This document shows positions 47,876 through 56,642 of a DNA stretch of 64,000 bases, one piece after another. Numbering within the stretch: position 1 is the first letter of the stretch; each line of letters opens with the position of its first letter. The translations under genes and the position numbers were made by a program. Location of the stretch: NCBI GenBank assembly GCA_963707865.1, contig OY970175.1, positions 694,028 through 758,027 of the forward strand, in the 5' to 3' direction. The notes under the pieces were generated by a model. That model was not told the origin of the DNA and made no database searches. It saw only the letters and a list, made by a program, of their open reading frames with translations. This DNA is from an uncultured bacterium (GTDB lineage Bacteria; Patescibacteriota; Minisyncoccia; UBA6257; 2-01-FULL-56-20).

Positions 47876-48160
47876 GGGGGAGGAATTTGGGCGCGCCATA
47901 CGCGAAGCCCCGAAGCCCGAACGTAAGTGAGCGGCTGAGGGGCTGAGCACACCATTTCGGAGGGGGTCTAGCGGAGTGAAGTAGGACTTGTGATTTTCAG
48001 AGACGAGGGTCGAAAAGATCAGAGTTTGCAGAGCAAACTGGACTTGCTACCCCTTCAATTCGATGCAGGGCAATTGAAGGGGTATTTGAAGGGGTAAGAG
48101 GGGTATCAAAATTCAGGAATTTTGGATAAAATACTCTCGAGCAGTCTCATATAAGCACAC
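47876..48160. repeat. 285-bp perfect inverted repeat, right copy (IR-R)
   Basis: Reverse complement of IR-L (44414-44698). The two copies flank the MTase-REase-DUF262 cassette. Confidence 0.9.
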
Positions 48161-48328
48161 CAAGATAAGATTTTCCTCAACTCTACCAATTTTTTCGCGC
48201 GCCGCGCGGAGCGCGGCATAATGCGGCACGGGGGTAAATTCGATTTCTCTATTCCTCAGAGATACGTTCGAGCCGAAAATTTTTTGTACGGATGTCTTTT
48301 TGAGGGAGAGGGTGGGGGTAAGAGAGAT
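48158..48328. repeat. 171-bp inverted duplicate of the tRNA-Arg 3' tip plus the recombinase 3' end
   Basis: The reverse complement of 51003-51173 equals 48158-48328 (checked by hand). The copy begins with CACCA, which is the tRNA-Arg 3' end. It overlaps the outer end of IR-R by 3 nt. Confidence 0.85.
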
Positions 48329-48333
48329 AGCTA

Positions 48334-49416
48334 TTAAAGCTCCTCGGATTTTTTAAGACGAAGGCGAGCCAGTTCTCTAAGGTCAAATTCTTTCTCCGAG
48401 CCTCTTATCCGGCCGCCGATTAATCCAAGATTGTAGGTTATTTCCTCGCTCGTGTTGCGCCAGTTAGTATCCTCAAGCGTTTTGTCGATTAACTTTTTGA
48501 CCTCAATGGGTGCCTTTTCCTTATCGCGTCCGGTTAAGGTGTCTTGAGCGGTGTATGGGAGCATCACCGATCCCCTGAATATTTCCGGCTTGCCGAATAC
48601 CAATTCCGTAAGCCCGTTCTGTTGAAAAACAGGAGTGAGTAGCCCCTGAACTTGGGCGACGCCTAGCACTTTTATCTTCTTGACCGCCTCGTCGATTGCG
48701 ATGTTCTCCGTTGAAAATTCATTTATATAATCCTTGCCGCCTATTTCCCAATTCTCCCTACTGTGATAGTGGCCTGAAACGTATTCTTTGCCTTCTTTCT
48801 CGGTCATGCAGAATATTTCCCTGTCTTTGAGAAAATTTTTATCAACCTTTGGCTTCTTCAGTTTTTCGTCTAGGTCGAGTATGTCATCCTCGTGATGGCC
48901 GCAACTTCCGCAAGTATATGAATCAATGAGCTTGTTTCCTTCGCGGCTGGATTTTTTCTCAAGCGTTGCCTTACACTTTGGGCACGATCGCGGTTCCGGT
49001 CGGTATTCTTCGCCGTCTTGGAAAAATTTGCGTACTTCGCGGCAGTTTTCGCATTTGAAATAGAAAAGGACTCGCTCCTTTTTGCCGTAGCCTTCCATAG
49101 TTTTCTCCACCATATCCATGTCGGAGCGGCATACGAGGCATAGCGCATTGAATTTTGGCCGAGCCTTTTCCAGTTTCTGATTGTATTCTCCAATAGCTTT
49201 TCTGCGATCCCTGATAGCCTCAAATTTATTCGCATACCGCTCGCCGCGCATGAAGTAGAGCGAGACCTTTCCGAACAGAACCCACATCGGGTCATTTTTA
49301 TTCTCCTTGATAGTCTTATCCATTCTCGCCACAAATTTGCGGCACTCCTCGACTGTTTCGCGGTCGTATTCGTCGCTATAAGCGGTGTCGTTCTTATCCG
49401 TTTCTTCGAGGTTCAT
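48334..49416 (-). CDS. Hypothetical protein with two tandem CxxC...CxxC zinc ribbons (function unknown)
   Basis: CLVCRS..(22)..CENCRE and CPKCKA..(20)..CGSCGH, then a ~190-aa C-terminal domain with no recognised family. Co-oriented with the XRE gene directly upstream. Confidence 0.45.
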   Translation of the reverse strand: MNLEETDKNDTAYSDEYDRETVEECRKFVARMDKTIKENKNDPMWVLFGKVSLYFMRGERYANKFEAIRDRRKAIGEYNQKLEKARPKFNALCLVCRSDMDMVEKTMEGYGKKERVLFYFKCENCREVRKFFQDGEEYRPEPRSCPKCKATLEKKSSREGNKLIDSYTCGSCGHHEDDILDLDEKLKKPKVDKNFLKDREIFCMTEKEGKEYVSGHYHSRENWEIGGKDYINEFSTENIAIDEAVKKIKVLGVAQVQGLLTPVFQQNGLTELVFGKPEIFRGSVMLPYTAQDTLTGRDKEKAPIEVKKLIDKTLEDTNWRNTSEEITYNLGLIGGRIRGSEKEFDLRELARLRLKKSEEL

Positions 49417-49422
49417 CTTCGA

Positions 49423-49626
49423 TTACTTGAGCAGGTTATTAACGGAAACGCCTAGAGCCTTAGCAATCTTCTCGACGTTTTTAAGAGAAATATTCCATAT
49501 GCCGCGCTCGATCTGGCTAATATAGGTCGGGTGGACGTTCAAAAGCTTGGCGAGGTCGCCCTGCGACATCCCCTTGTCGAGGCGGAGCCGCTTCATTCTC
49601 TTACCGAATTTGATAGATATATCCAT
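49423..49626 (-). CDS. XRE-family helix-turn-helix transcriptional regulator
   Basis: ...KRLRLDKGMSQGDLAKLLNVHPTYISQIERG... is the classic Cro/CI-type HTH. 67 aa. Confidence 0.8.
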   Translation of the reverse strand: MDISIKFGKRMKRLRLDKGMSQGDLAKLLNVHPTYISQIERGIWNISLKNVEKIAKALGVSVNNLLK

Positions 49627-49706
49627 GCCTATAAGTGCTCTTGTAAATATGGTAACAGGTGCGTTACTATTGTTCTATATAGAGGTAGGCCTCTATAATA
49701 AAAGAT

Positions 49707-51182
49707 ATGCCAAATTATTTTCTCTACGTCAGAAAATCGACCGACGTTGAAGATAAGCAAGTCCGCTCCATCGAAGATCAGCTTGCCGTTCTGCGTACTC
49801 TAGCTAGCACCGAGAAACTTCATATCATTGAGGAGTTTGTCGAGAAGCAGTCCGCGAAAGTGCCCGGCCGGCCAGTTTTTGACGAGATGCTCCGCCGCAT
49901 CGAAAAGGGCGAAGCCTCCGGCATCGTCTGTTGGAAGTTAGATCGTCTCGCTCGCAATCCGGTGGACGGAGGGCAGATAAGTTGGTTCTTGCAGAGGGGC
50001 ATCATCCAGCATATCCAGACTTATGAAAAGAGCTATCGTCCCGCGGATAACGTCATTATGATGAGCGTCGAGTTCGGGATGGCGAACCAGTATATTTTAG
50101 ATTTGAGCGCGAACACCAAACGCGGCCTGATGGAGAAGGTGAAAAGAGGCGAATATCCGTCGCTCGCCCCGATCGGATATATCAACGATCCGCGAAGCAA
50201 AACGGTAATCCTTGATCAGAAAAAGGCTAGCATCATTCGCGGCGCGTTTGAACTCTACGCCGAGGGCAATTCCCGTCTTGGGGACGTATCTGTGTTTTTC
50301 GCAAAGCAAAATTTCTTCTCCAAAATCGGCAACACCTATCATCGGGACAGGATCACCCGTATTCTCTCCAATCCTTTCTATTGCGGCTTTTTCCGCTATG
50401 CCGGAGAGATACACGAAGGCAACCACGAGCCGATCGTTTCAAAGCAACTGTTCGATAAGGTGCAGGATATCCTAAAGAAGAAAGGGCGGCCGCATCACAA
50501 GCAGAAGAACGACCCTCGCCCGTTTTGCGGCCTGTTCCGGTGCGGCGAGTGCGGAATGATGGTAACGGCCGAAGTCCAAAGAAAGCACGCCTATTATCGG
50601 TGCACGAAGAAGTCCTCCATACGCTGTTCCCAGCCCTATATTAGAGAGGAGGTTTTGGATAAACAGCTATCGGATATTCTCAAAAATTTTGCCATGCCCT
50701 CGGCATGGGCGGAGAATTTATCGCACAGAGCGGACAAAGATAGCGAGGAGACCACCCGTTCCGTGGCGGCTTTTGTTCAAGAGTTGCGGTCTCAAATATC
50801 GGACATCAACCGCAAGCTCGAGCGGCTTCTTGAGACGTATTTAGAGCAAGATATCGAACGGGACGTGTACCGAGAGGAGAAGGCAAAACTCCTCTCGTCC
50901 AAGAAGTCGCTTACGGAGCAAATCGCCCGTCTTGAACAAAAGCAAAACGCATGGCTCGAACACTTCCGAGACTGGCTGAAAGACGCACAGAATCTGAACG
51001 AAATCTCTCTTACCCCCACCCTCTCCCTCAAAAAGACATCCGTACAAAAAATTTTCGGCTCGAACGTATCTCTGAGGAATAGAGAAATCGAATTTACCCC
51101 CGTGCCGCATTATGCCGCGCTCCGCGCGGCGCGCGAAAAAATTGGTAGAGTTGAGGAAAATCTTATCTTGGTGCCCTCGTGA
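49707..51182 (+). CDS. Large serine recombinase (integrase/transposase type)
   Basis: N-terminal resolvase catalytic domain (YVRKSTDVEDKQVRSIEDQ..., WKLDRLARN), then the recombinase domain, a zinc ribbon (CGLFRCGECG...YYRC) and a coiled-coil. The last 14 nt of the ORF overlap the tRNA-Arg 3' end. Confidence 0.85.
   Translation: MPNYFLYVRKSTDVEDKQVRSIEDQLAVLRTLASTEKLHIIEEFVEKQSAKVPGRPVFDEMLRRIEKGEASGIVCWKLDRLARNPVDGGQISWFLQRGIIQHIQTYEKSYRPADNVIMMSVEFGMANQYILDLSANTKRGLMEKVKRGEYPSLAPIGYINDPRSKTVILDQKKASIIRGAFELYAEGNSRLGDVSVFFAKQNFFSKIGNTYHRDRITRILSNPFYCGFFRYAGEIHEGNHEPIVSKQLFDKVQDILKKKGRPHHKQKNDPRPFCGLFRCGECGMMVTAEVQRKHAYYRCTKKSSIRCSQPYIREEVLDKQLSDILKNFAMPSAWAENLSHRADKDSEETTRSVAAFVQELRSQISDINRKLERLLETYLEQDIERDVYREEKAKLLSSKKSLTEQIARLEQKQNAWLEHFRDWLKDAQNLNEISLTPTLSLKKTSVQKIFGSNVSLRNREIEFTPVPHYAALRAAREKIGRVEENLILVPS
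51003..51173. repeat. 171-bp repeat, right copy (recombinase 3' end through tRNA-Arg CACCA tip)
   Basis: Inverted partner of 48158-48328. Confidence 0.85.
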
Positions 51183-51243
51183 GGAATTGAACCTCAATCT
51201 TCTCCTTCGGAGGGAGACGTCCTATCCGTTGAACTACGAGGGC
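51169..51243 (-). tRNA. tRNA-Arg (anticodon CCG), CCA encoded
   Basis: Minus-strand read GCCCTCGTAGTTCAACGGATAGGACGTCTCCCTCCGAAGGAGAAGATTGAGGTTCAATTCCTCACGAGGGCACCA. Acceptor 7 bp, anticodon loop CUCCGAA, T-arm TGAGG-TTCAATT-CCTCA. Confidence 0.8.
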
Positions 51244-51323
51244 CCTACTCTGCACGCATGTGTTTGGCTGAACTCGTCTTCGCGCGAGGGCAAACGTATT
51301 CGCGCAGAGCAGGGCTACGTCCG

Positions 51324-52439
51324 TCAGTGTACTACAAACGTCCACACTTCGTAAACGGCGCCGATCACGAAAACGGCGGCGACGATATCAAGAAGAAATC
51401 TCTTCGTGGCAGAGAGCACGAGCGCCCGCCGGCCAACGGAGATAATAAGAAGATATTGCAAACTAAAGAAAAGTCCGCCAACAAGGCCAACGACCGTGAG
51501 AAAATTATTCAGGCCGAGGCCGATGAGCGCGGGCGGCAGAAGCAGAATGAGCGAGCGCGAAGCGAGCCGGCTCCATCCAAGATCATTCTCAAGTGCATTT
51601 TTTATCTCACGGGAAATCGGCACGTAGACGGTCGCAATCGCAAGCAAACCGAAGACGGCGATTATCTCTTTTTTCCAAAGAGGCCAGCCCACGAGGCCGG
51701 AAACCGTGTCGGGCGTGACCGCAGACGCAGAACCGAGGATGCCGGCGACAAACATTATATAGAGCAGCGCCACTACAAATGACCCGAATGCAAGTGCCCG
51801 CCACGGATCCGCCGCGGCGCCCGATCCCCTGCGCGATTCATAGGCAGGTTCCACGCTTGTCCACCCCGCGAGCGCGAAGAGAACGACGCCGAACGGCAGG
51901 AAAAGATTTTTAGCGTTGATTGCAGGGATACCGGCGAACGTCACCGCGGGCCAGGCGCTCGCAAAGATGAAAATGATGATGGCGGCGGTGCAGACAATGC
52001 CCGTAAGTTCAAGTTCCACCACACGCCGATCGCTTACAAAAATGGGAATGGCGGTAAAAAGCCAGAATACAAGAAGCGCAATATGGGGTGTGACGGCCGG
52101 GAAGGCAAGGTGCACGAACTGCGCGCCAAGAATAAGATATACGACGAGTGTGAGGAGGAGTCCGAGCACGATCGCGGCGAACCCGACCCAGAAACCGCTT
52201 GTCCCAAAATATTTCCTCGCGAGCCCCAAGAGCCGTTCCCTTTCGCCGATTTTCTCAAGTGTTTTCAAATAGACCACATGCGCCGCGCTCACGAACGCCG
52301 CGAGGACAATCAAATAAAAAAGGCTGACGAGCCAGCCCGATTGGTAAAAAAGATAAGGGAGTGCGAACACGCCGTCTCCCACCGTCGCTGCGGCAACGAT
52401 CGCGGCGACCTTCAAAAATCCGCCCCGCAGTGACCTCAT
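51324..52439 (-). CDS. Polytopic membrane transporter (amino-acid permease-like)
   Basis: About 11 TM helices with an APC/Aa_trans-like pattern. The substrate cannot be assigned. Confidence 0.5.
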   Translation of the reverse strand: MRSLRGGFLKVAAIVAAATVGDGVFALPYLFYQSGWLVSLFYLIVLAAFVSAAHVVYLKTLEKIGERERLLGLARKYFGTSGFWVGFAAIVLGLLLTLVVYLILGAQFVHLAFPAVTPHIALLVFWLFTAIPIFVSDRRVVELELTGIVCTAAIIIFIFASAWPAVTFAGIPAINAKNLFLPFGVVLFALAGWTSVEPAYESRRGSGAAADPWRALAFGSFVVALLYIMFVAGILGSASAVTPDTVSGLVGWPLWKKEIIAVFGLLAIATVYVPISREIKNALENDLGWSRLASRSLILLLPPALIGLGLNNFLTVVGLVGGLFFSLQYLLIISVGRRALVLSATKRFLLDIVAAVFVIGAVYEVWTFVVH

Positions 52440-52708
52440 TCGACGGAATACACCGAATCTCCTTCGTGGACCTTTTCGCTTACCTTGATGCCCACCTGCT
52501 CGCCCTTCGGCGCCTTGTCAATCGGCTTGTGATCGTACTGCATAGAATCCACCATCTCCTCAAAATCGGTCGTCGCCCCTTTGAACGCAATTCTCGTCCC
52601 TACGGGCACCTCTTTGTTGAATTCTACGATCGCAACCCCGATCTTGTTATAGAAATGGGTGACCTTGCCGATGGGCTTGGGCGCTTTCGGAGCCTTTTTG
52701 GTAGCCAT
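52436..52708 (-). CDS. Small hypothetical protein
   Basis: 90 aa, MATKKAPKAPKPIGKVTHFYNKIGVAIVEF... No recognised domain. Confidence 0.35.
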   Translation of the reverse strand: MATKKAPKAPKPIGKVTHFYNKIGVAIVEFNKEVPVGTRIAFKGATTDFEEMVDSMQYDHKPIDKAPKGEQVGIKVSEKVHEGDSVYSVE

Positions 52709-52719
52709 GGGTTTTACGT

Positions 52720-53328
52720 TTATTTTTTGGCGCGACCTTTACTCGGACTTGTTTCTTCCTCTTCCGCTTCAATCATCGCGACCACTTTGTCTAAGAGCGA
52801 CTTCGGGTCGGGATCAAAGACCACTTTCCCCGTGCCGCGATGCGCCACCTGGAGAATATGCTCAATCTCGTCGCTCTCCCCGCCAGTTCCTGTCAAAACC
52901 CCCTGCGGTTTTTTGTCTTCGAACGCGATGGTGAATTCATTGAGTGTCCCTACGCGACCGCAGATCGTGATCACGGCGTCGGCCGTGCGCGTGAGGAGCA
53001 GGTTTCGTCCGGAATAGTCAAAGCCGGTATAAACAATGAGGTCGTGGTAATCAAGCGGCAGGTGGTAGCTTTTCACGTGCGCGAGTTTCGACGCAGCTGG
53101 CGAAAGCCCGATCACGATGCCCCCGGCTTCCTTCGCTCCTTTTGCAGCCCAGTATGGAATGCCAGTTGTGGCGCCCGTCACGAGTACCATCCCGCGCTCC
53201 GCGATCATGCGGCCCATCGCTTCGGCCTTCTCGAGCGTCCCCGGCGTCGCGATATCCGTCACGGCGGAGCCGGAAACGCAGATTTTATATTTGAGGTAGG
53301 TCTTTGAAAGCTCCGGTGTCATATTCAA
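52720..53328 (-). CDS. LOG/TIGR00725-family Rossmann-fold nucleotide-binding protein
   Basis: ...VLVTGATTGIPYWAAKGAKEAGG...ITICGRVGTLNEF... matches the LOG/SLOG fold pattern. Confidence 0.55.
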   Translation of the reverse strand: MNMTPELSKTYLKYKICVSGSAVTDIATPGTLEKAEAMGRMIAERGMVLVTGATTGIPYWAAKGAKEAGGIVIGLSPAASKLAHVKSYHLPLDYHDLIVYTGFDYSGRNLLLTRTADAVITICGRVGTLNEFTIAFEDKKPQGVLTGTGGESDEIEHILQVAHRGTGKVVFDPDPKSLLDKVVAMIEAEEEETSPSKGRAKK

Positions 53329-54671
53329 ATGATAACCGATTCCTTTTCTTTCGGCACCTCAGCAGCCACCACAAGCTCGTCTCTGATTTTTTGCGCAAGC
53401 GCCTCACTAGCCGCTTCTTCTCCCTGCACGACGAACACTTTTTTAAGCGTGTGCCGCATGGGGGAAAGCCATGCCATGAGGAGCGGCTGGTCAGCGTGTG
53501 CGGAGTAACCGGGGATGTTCACTTTTTTGCAGCGCACGGGAACCGTCTCGCCGAAGATCCGCACCTCCTGTGCGCCGTCCAAGATCGCGCGGCCGAGCGT
53601 TCCTTTTGCCTGGTAACCGATAAAAAGAATCGTGCTTTTAGGATCGGGGAGGTAGCGTATTTCGTGATGCAGGATGCGGCCGCCGTTTGACATACCCGAT
53701 CCTGCAACCACCACCTTCGGCGGCGGAGTGTCATTAATCTCTTTTGATTGCTCCGTTGTAAGCGTGAGATGCAAACCGGGAAAATTCAAAATGTCGTCGC
53801 CGGATCTTGCGATGTGGGCGGTTTCCTTATTGAAATAATTTTCGTACTTTTTGTAGACCGCCGTGAGCTTGATCGCGAGCGGACTATCAATAAACACGGG
53901 CACACGCGGGATGCGCCCTTCTTCGAACAGCTGGTGAAGGTGATAGAGCAGCTCCTGCGTACGCTCCATCGCGAACGTTGGGATCATGAGCGTGCCGCCG
54001 GTCCTTACCGTGTCTTCTATCACGTCCTCAAGCTGCTCCCGGCGCTTATCTACGTTCTCGTGCACGCGGTCACCGTAGGTTGATTCAATCACACAGTAAT
54101 CCGCCTCGCTTAATTTTTCCGTCGGTTGAATGATAGGCGACGGTGAATTGCCGAGATCTCCCGAAAAGACGATCGTCTTCCCTTCGGCTTTTATCCGTAT
54201 GCTCGCGGAACCCAAAATGTGCCCCGCATCAAAAAGTTCGACAGTGAAAGCTCCCACGGTAACCGGCTCGTGATAGCGAAGCCCTTGCCAGTGCGTGCGT
54301 AGCTGCATAATGTCTTCCGTAGTGTAGAGTGGCGCTTTCTCTTCGCGCTCTGCTTCTTTGCCGAGAATGTGCTCAGAGTCAAGGAGCATAAGCTCCGCGA
54401 AATCCTTCGTCGCCGCCGTGGAATAGACCGTGCCGTGGAACCCAGCGCGGACGAGCGAAGGAAGGCGGCCCGTATGGTCAAGATGGGAATGAGTGATAAA
54501 GACGGCGGCAATGTCTTTCGGGTCGTACGGGAACGGGTCAAAGTTCCGCCGCTCGGCATAGTGGCTTCCTTGGTGCAAGCCGCAGTCCACCATGATCTTC
54601 GTGGCACCGGATTCCAAAAGATAGTTCGCGCCCGTCACTTCGCCCACGCCGCCGTAAAAGGTAAGTTTCAT
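53325..54671 (-). CDS. Metallo-beta-lactamase / beta-CASP family RNA-metabolising hydrolase
   Basis: MKLTFYGGVGEVTGANYLLESG...HSHLDHTGRLP. MBL motifs, beta-CASP domain and an RMMBL C-terminus. Confidence 0.8.
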   Translation of the reverse strand: MKLTFYGGVGEVTGANYLLESGATKIMVDCGLHQGSHYAERRNFDPFPYDPKDIAAVFITHSHLDHTGRLPSLVRAGFHGTVYSTAATKDFAELMLLDSEHILGKEAEREEKAPLYTTEDIMQLRTHWQGLRYHEPVTVGAFTVELFDAGHILGSASIRIKAEGKTIVFSGDLGNSPSPIIQPTEKLSEADYCVIESTYGDRVHENVDKRREQLEDVIEDTVRTGGTLMIPTFAMERTQELLYHLHQLFEEGRIPRVPVFIDSPLAIKLTAVYKKYENYFNKETAHIARSGDDILNFPGLHLTLTTEQSKEINDTPPPKVVVAGSGMSNGGRILHHEIRYLPDPKSTILFIGYQAKGTLGRAILDGAQEVRIFGETVPVRCKKVNIPGYSAHADQPLLMAWLSPMRHTLKKVFVVQGEEAASEALAQKIRDELVVAAEVPKEKESVII

Positions 54672-54677
54672 ACGATA

Positions 54678-55982
54678 TTAATTGTAATCTTTTTCCTCGA
54701 GCGCCTCCTCAAACGCCTGCCGCTCGTTCCAAGGGATCCTCCCGCCATCCGCGACGTGGATGCAACCCTCGCTTCCCTTGCCCGTGCCGATTACGACGTC
54801 GCCCGCCCGCATGAGCGCGAACGCCTTTTTGACCGCTTCCCGCCTGTCCAATATTTCATAGACGTTAACGTATTCCAGATCCTCATCCGAAATCCCCACG
54901 CGTATCTCACGGATGATTTCCGCAGGGTCTTCGTCGTATGGATCTTCATCGGTAAGAATGATCTCGTCGCAGTATGCTGCGGCGATTTTCCCGAATTCCC
55001 TGCGTTTCCACTTATCGCGTCCGCCGCCCGCCGCACCCAGGACGCAGATAAGGCGCGCGTCGGGATAGTTCGCGTTCGGCTTCGGTTTCGCCGCCGCGTA
55101 GGCCGCCTTGAGCGAATCGGGCGTGTGCGCGTAGTCCACAATCGCGGTATAGGGACCCTTCGTTAAAAATTCCATTCGCCCCGGCACCCCATTAAAAGAC
55201 GTAAGTGCGCGTATAATGGCTGTTTCGTCAATCTCAAGGTCCGTCGCGATCGCAACCGCCGCCGCCGCATTTTGCGCATTGAAATGAGTGAGAACGAACC
55301 GTGGTGCTGACGCCCGCCTCGCAAAGCTCGGCTCCCCAATCTCCGCAAGAACTTTTTTAATTTGTTCGTCTTCGGTGGAATACGATCGTGTTTCCCGCGC
55401 CGCAAGCGCGTTACTGAAAAATTCAAAATGCTGGTCGTCGCGATTCAAAAGTATCCTGCCACCCTTCACAAGCACATAGTTCAAGAAGTCCAACTTCGCC
55501 TGCCGATATTTTTCAAAAGAACCGTGTGATTCAATATGTTCCGGCGCAAGATTAATCATTGCAGCGATCTTCCAATTGATAAAACGATGGCGATGCTGCG
55601 TGACACCTTGCGACGTGACCTCTATGATCGCGTAATGGCACCCCGTGAGTAATCCTTGGGCGAGGAAGTGCTGTATGCGCGCGCGTCCAGGCATTGAATT
55701 GCTGCCCGGATTCTTTTCGCTCGTTTCCCCGATTTTGATGCGCAGAGACGAAAGCAACGCGGTCTTTTTTCCTGCTGCCTCAAGCATCGCGTTCAAAAGC
55801 TCCACCGTCGTCGTTTTCCCCTTTGTGCCCGTGACGCCGATCACGAAAATTTTTCTACTCGGCCTACCATACCAAAGTGCCCCAAGCCACGCCCAGAGAA
55901 AATGGTACGCCGAAACAAGACGCGGAGAATCGTAGAAGAACCGTGCGATGCGCGATCGCTTGAACTTTTCCATCGCTGCCAT
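54678..55982 (-). CDS. Mur ligase family protein
   Basis: ATP-binding P-loop IGVTGTKGKTTTVELL and the Mur ligase middle and C-terminal domains. The exact specificity (MurE/MurF/other) is not determinable by eye. Confidence 0.65.
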   Translation of the reverse strand: MAAMEKFKRSRIARFFYDSPRLVSAYHFLWAWLGALWYGRPSRKIFVIGVTGTKGKTTTVELLNAMLEAAGKKTALLSSLRIKIGETSEKNPGSNSMPGRARIQHFLAQGLLTGCHYAIIEVTSQGVTQHRHRFINWKIAAMINLAPEHIESHGSFEKYRQAKLDFLNYVLVKGGRILLNRDDQHFEFFSNALAARETRSYSTEDEQIKKVLAEIGEPSFARRASAPRFVLTHFNAQNAAAAVAIATDLEIDETAIIRALTSFNGVPGRMEFLTKGPYTAIVDYAHTPDSLKAAYAAAKPKPNANYPDARLICVLGAAGGGRDKWKRREFGKIAAAYCDEIILTDEDPYDEDPAEIIREIRVGISDEDLEYVNVYEILDRREAVKKAFALMRAGDVVIGTGKGSEGCIHVADGGRIPWNERQAFEEALEEKDYN

Positions 55983-55983
55983 T

Positions 55984-56562
55984 TTATCTTTTTCCGAGCG
56001 CGCCGAGCGCTGTTTTCAGCCGCTCTTCCATGCCGTGCACTTTTGGATCAACTTTTCCGAGCGCTGCACGCGCCTCCTCGCGCCGATATCCGAGATTCAC
56101 AAGCGCCTCCACGATGTCCGTATCGTCCTCCATCTTTTCCACGACTAAACCCGATCTCGCCGACTGTACTTTCGTCCTCAGATCAAGAATGATCCGCTCC
56201 GCCGTCTTCCGACCGATCCCCGACGCACGCGTGAGCAAATCCGGCCGAGCCTCCTTGATCGCAGCCGAGAGTTCGTCCAGCTTTGCGACATCCAATACGG
56301 AGAGCGCCGACCTCGGCCCTACGCCCGAAACCGATATCAAAAGTTCGAAAAACGCGAGCTCTTTCTCGGACAAAAACCCATAGAGCTCCAGCCCGTCCTC
56401 GCGCAGATATAAATATGTAAAAATTTTTACCTCGCTTCCCGTGACCGGAAGCGCCGCGAGCGTCCGCCCGCTTACAAAAATCTTCAATCCAAGCCCCCCC
56501 ACTTCCACCACTACGAACCGATCGGCTTTCAAGGCTAATTTCCCCAATGCGCTGTAAAGCAT
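55984..56562 (-). CDS. ruvA: Holliday junction DNA helicase RuvA
   Basis: OB-fold N-terminal domain, HhH pairs (GVGPRSALSVL, GIGRKTAERI) and the C-terminal RuvB-interaction domain. Confidence 0.8.
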   Translation of the reverse strand: MLYSALGKLALKADRFVVVEVGGLGLKIFVSGRTLAALPVTGSEVKIFTYLYLREDGLELYGFLSEKELAFFELLISVSGVGPRSALSVLDVAKLDELSAAIKEARPDLLTRASGIGRKTAERIILDLRTKVQSARSGLVVEKMEDDTDIVEALVNLGYRREEARAALGKVDPKVHGMEERLKTALGALGKR

Positions 56563-56642
56563 TTGATTCCATTATTCCACAAACTTGAAACCCGCGCCAA
56601 GGACTTGCCACGATCGGATTTTTCGTTTATCCTACCTCCTAT

